50,337 bases of DNA from Bacteroidales bacterium (lineage in GTDB: Bacteria > Bacteroidota > Bacteroidia > Bacteroidales > Bacteroidaceae), in NCBI GenBank assembly GCA_030523705.1, contig JAUNHZ010000002.1, positions 1 to 50,337 of the forward strand, given 5' to 3'. Within the stretch, counting starts at the first letter, position 1; each line of letters opens with the position of its first letter. The notes under the pieces were generated by a model, which was not told the origin of the DNA, made no database searches, and saw only the letters and a program-made list of their open reading frames with translations. Position numbers and translations under genes: made by a program. This document shows positions 48,550 to 50,337 of the stretch, piece after piece.

Positions 48550-48557
48550 CAAAGATA
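48550..48557 (-). promoter_or_regulatory. -7 box TATCTTTG (beta-propeller lipoprotein gene)
   Basis: Plus-strand CAAAGATACAA, 62 nt upstream of the ATG at 48488. Confidence 0.45.
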
Positions 48558-48683
48558 CAAAAGGTTGCAGACAAAGAAGAAAAAAATGGTTCACATCAAC
48601 AAAATACAAATGCCCTACACCCTCACACAGCTACATCTTCAGCCGCCAATCGTATAGCGGATGGCCGGCATGGCAGTATCTAG

Positions 48684-50096
48684 TTATGCATTGAATAAGT
48701 CTTCAAGAGTGATGACTTTCTGCAATTCGTCTGAATTCTCATTTCTCTTTACGCCATTGGCACTTACCAGCACCTTGTGAATAGACTTCTTCGTGCCAGT
48801 TTCCCAGCGGAACACCTCTTCTTTTCGGAGAAAATCTTCGAGGTCGTTTGTTTGCATTTCCCATGGGGTAGAAGTGTACTTCATCTCGCAGAGGCTTATG
48901 ACATCATCGTCACGATCTATCAGCATGTCTATCTGCGCTCCCGGTTTTCCCTTTGTTGAGTGCCATGCATATACACCAGATACCACACCCGAGATGCCAA
49001 GTGCGTGTTTGATTTGTTCTGCATGCAGCATGCATACTCTTTCAAAACTCAAACCGCACCACGTGTGATAGACCGGTTTGTTCAAGCTGTGTGACCAAAA
49101 CAAAGGGTCCTTGTGAGTGTTTTCACTCATGAATTCATAATAGAATATGGTGAACGGATCAATCAACTGATACGTCGCGTCCTTCCTTTCATTGCCCAGT
49201 ATGTTATAACTGCGTATGAAACCGCAACTCTCCAGGTCCTTCAATAATTGGCTGAAGGAACCGTTGTCAACGAACTTTCCAGCTTTCAGCAACTCATTAC
49301 GTGTCATTCCCGAACGCTTTGCCGACAGTAGCTTTACAACCTTGATGTAGCCGTCAGGCTTCTTGAAGAGTGAAGCATAAAGAGCATCAAATTCCTCATA
49401 CAGTTCTCCGCCTGGGGTAAAGAAGTTCTCGTCAATGTTCTGGGCAAGGCTAAGCCCTTTCTGCATCGCCTTCCAATAGAAAGGCACTCCACCCATAATC
49501 ATGTACCCCTCCACCAATTGCTTACGCGACATGCTTACCTTACGACTCTTCATGTATTGTTCGCATTCGCATAGTGTAAACGGACGCAATGGTATCTTGT
49601 AATCCACACGATTGTGCAGACCTCCCTTATTCTTGACTATCTTATTGATAATCCATGAAGTAGCGCTTCCGCAGACAATCAAGCACACGTCTTTACGTGC
49701 ACTTGCCCAAGCATTCCAGAAATGTTCCAGAGCAGGAATAAGTCCTGAAGCATGAGTGTCCATCCAAGGCAGCTCATCAATAAAGATGACTTTCTTTGTA
49801 TCCTGCGATTGAGTGATCAACTCCTTCAGCAGATTGAACGCATCAATCCAATTGGCTGGTGTATGTTTCACCTTCAAGCCACTTTCTACCAGCGAGTTCC
49901 GCCAAGCCTTCAACTGCTTAGCACGAGTAGACTTGGCTAGTCCACTGTGCTGGAAGGTAAACTTGTAATCAAAAGTCTCACGAATCAGGAAAGTCTTTCC
50001 TACACGTCTTCTGCCATATACAGCCACAAATTCAGAGTATTCAGATTCGTAAGCATCCCTAAGCCTTTGCTGCTCTTTTTGTCGTCCTATCATCAT
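48684..50096 (-). CDS. Arch_ATPase (ATPase_2) / DUF234-type NTPase with a C-terminal PD-(D/E)xK-like motif
   Basis: The track start at 50123 is a TTG inside the -7 box, and the ATG at 50096 or 50093 gives MMIGRQKEQQRL. Walker A is VYGRRRVGKTFL and Walker B is VIFIDELPW. The C-terminus reads AQIDMLIDRDDDVISLCEMKYT, a D...E-x-K motif. Confidence 0.85.
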   Translation of the reverse strand: MMIGRQKEQQRLRDAYESEYSEFVAVYGRRRVGKTFLIRETFDYKFTFQHSGLAKSTRAKQLKAWRNSLVESGLKVKHTPANWIDAFNLLKELITQSQDTKKVIFIDELPWMDTHASGLIPALEHFWNAWASARKDVCLIVCGSATSWIINKIVKNKGGLHNRVDYKIPLRPFTLCECEQYMKSRKVSMSRKQLVEGYMIMGGVPFYWKAMQKGLSLAQNIDENFFTPGGELYEEFDALYASLFKKPDGYIKVVKLLSAKRSGMTRNELLKAGKFVDNGSFSQLLKDLESCGFIRSYNILGNERKDATYQLIDPFTIFYYEFMSENTHKDPLFWSHSLNKPVYHTWCGLSFERVCMLHAEQIKHALGISGVVSGVYAWHSTKGKPGAQIDMLIDRDDDVISLCEMKYTSTPWEMQTNDLEDFLRKEEVFRWETGTKKSIHKVLVSANGVKRNENSDELQKVITLEDLFNA

Positions 50097-50120
50097 GATA
50101 TAAGATAATATATTTGCATG

Positions 50121-50128
50121 CAAAGATA
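50121..50128 (-). promoter_or_regulatory. -7 box TATCTTTG (DUF234 NTPase gene)
   Basis: Plus-strand CAAAGATA, 25 nt upstream of the ATG at 50096. Confidence 0.5.
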
Positions 50129-50130
50129 AA

Positions 50131-50199
50131 AAAAAACATCGAAATGCGAGCGGAATCTACCGAAAATAGCAACATTCCGCTATAAACTCGATGTTTTTT
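50131..50199 (-). terminator. Nested hairpin, probable terminator of an upstream minus-strand unit outside the window
   Basis: The outer stem is AAAAAACATCGA (50131-50142) with TCGATGTTTTTT (50188-50199). The inner stem is GCGGAAT (50150-50156) with ATTCCGC (50174-50180). Read on the minus strand, it ends in a T9 run just before the -7 box. Confidence 0.5.
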
Positions 50200-50337
50200 G
50201 ATGCTTTTGTTGCTGATTACGCCTGCAAATGTAAGTTGACTGAATGAAACGGATTACATGCACTAAATGTTTATCCTTTCTGATCTACCCTTAATTTCGC
50301 AGCACTATAACATTAAACATATTTTAAGGTCCTGAGC

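Noticed and set aside
48506-48694. 62-aa GTG-initiated plus-strand ORF filling the intergenic gap between the beta-propeller and DUF234 NTPase genes
   Set aside because: It has a non-ATG start and no -7 box upstream. Its basic, low-complexity sequence contains the minus-strand promoter box. It could only be rescued by expression data.

Overview
The window reads as a Bacteroidales chromosome segment, Prevotella/Segatella-like. That call rests on gene content, Bacteroidetes-type TAnnTTTG -7 promoter boxes, A-rich leaders without Shine-Dalgarno sites, and SpII lipoproteins. No database search was possible; all calls come from motifs I recognise in the supplied translations and from reading the DNA.

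Roughly 11-45.7 kb is ordinary, densely packed housekeeping:
- carB, metY, an EamA transporter, an aldose epimerase and an NhaC antiporter
- yceD-rpmF, fabH, era, der
- mlaFE, lptB
- tig-clpP-clpX-recQ
- guaB, two parvulin/SurA-type PPIases, an OstA-like protein, mutL
- tRNA-Val(TAC), purB, an rluB-like gene, asnS, tcdA

Two regions look accessory.

(1) 0-11 kb. The dTDP-L-rhamnose pathway is split into rfbC-rfbD (minus strand) and rfbA-rfbB (plus strand). Between the halves lies a signalling-rich insert:
- two tandem, translationally coupled paralogous histidine kinases; one has lost its phospho-acceptor His
- a TviB/WbpO-like nucleotide-sugar dehydrogenase
- a stand-alone receiver
- a roughly 7-TM AraC-type regulator
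- a third sensor kinase with a large extracytoplasmic domain
Together the last three look like an unbundled Bacteroidetes hybrid two-component system wired to surface-glycan precursor genes.

(2) 45.8-50.3 kb. This is a three-gene islet on the minus strand, and each gene has its own TATCTTTG box. An AAA_14/DUF4143-type NTPase and an Arch_ATPase/DUF234-type NTPase each carry a C-terminal PD-(D/E)xK-like motif. They flank a BF3164-type 6-bladed beta-propeller lipoprotein. This is the best candidate for an uncharacterised, possibly defence-type, module.

Other points:
- The RluB-like pseudouridine synthase has a roughly 190-aa N-terminal GGYQQR/RGG-like repeat extension.
- I found no CRISPR array, rRNA, transposase or integrase.
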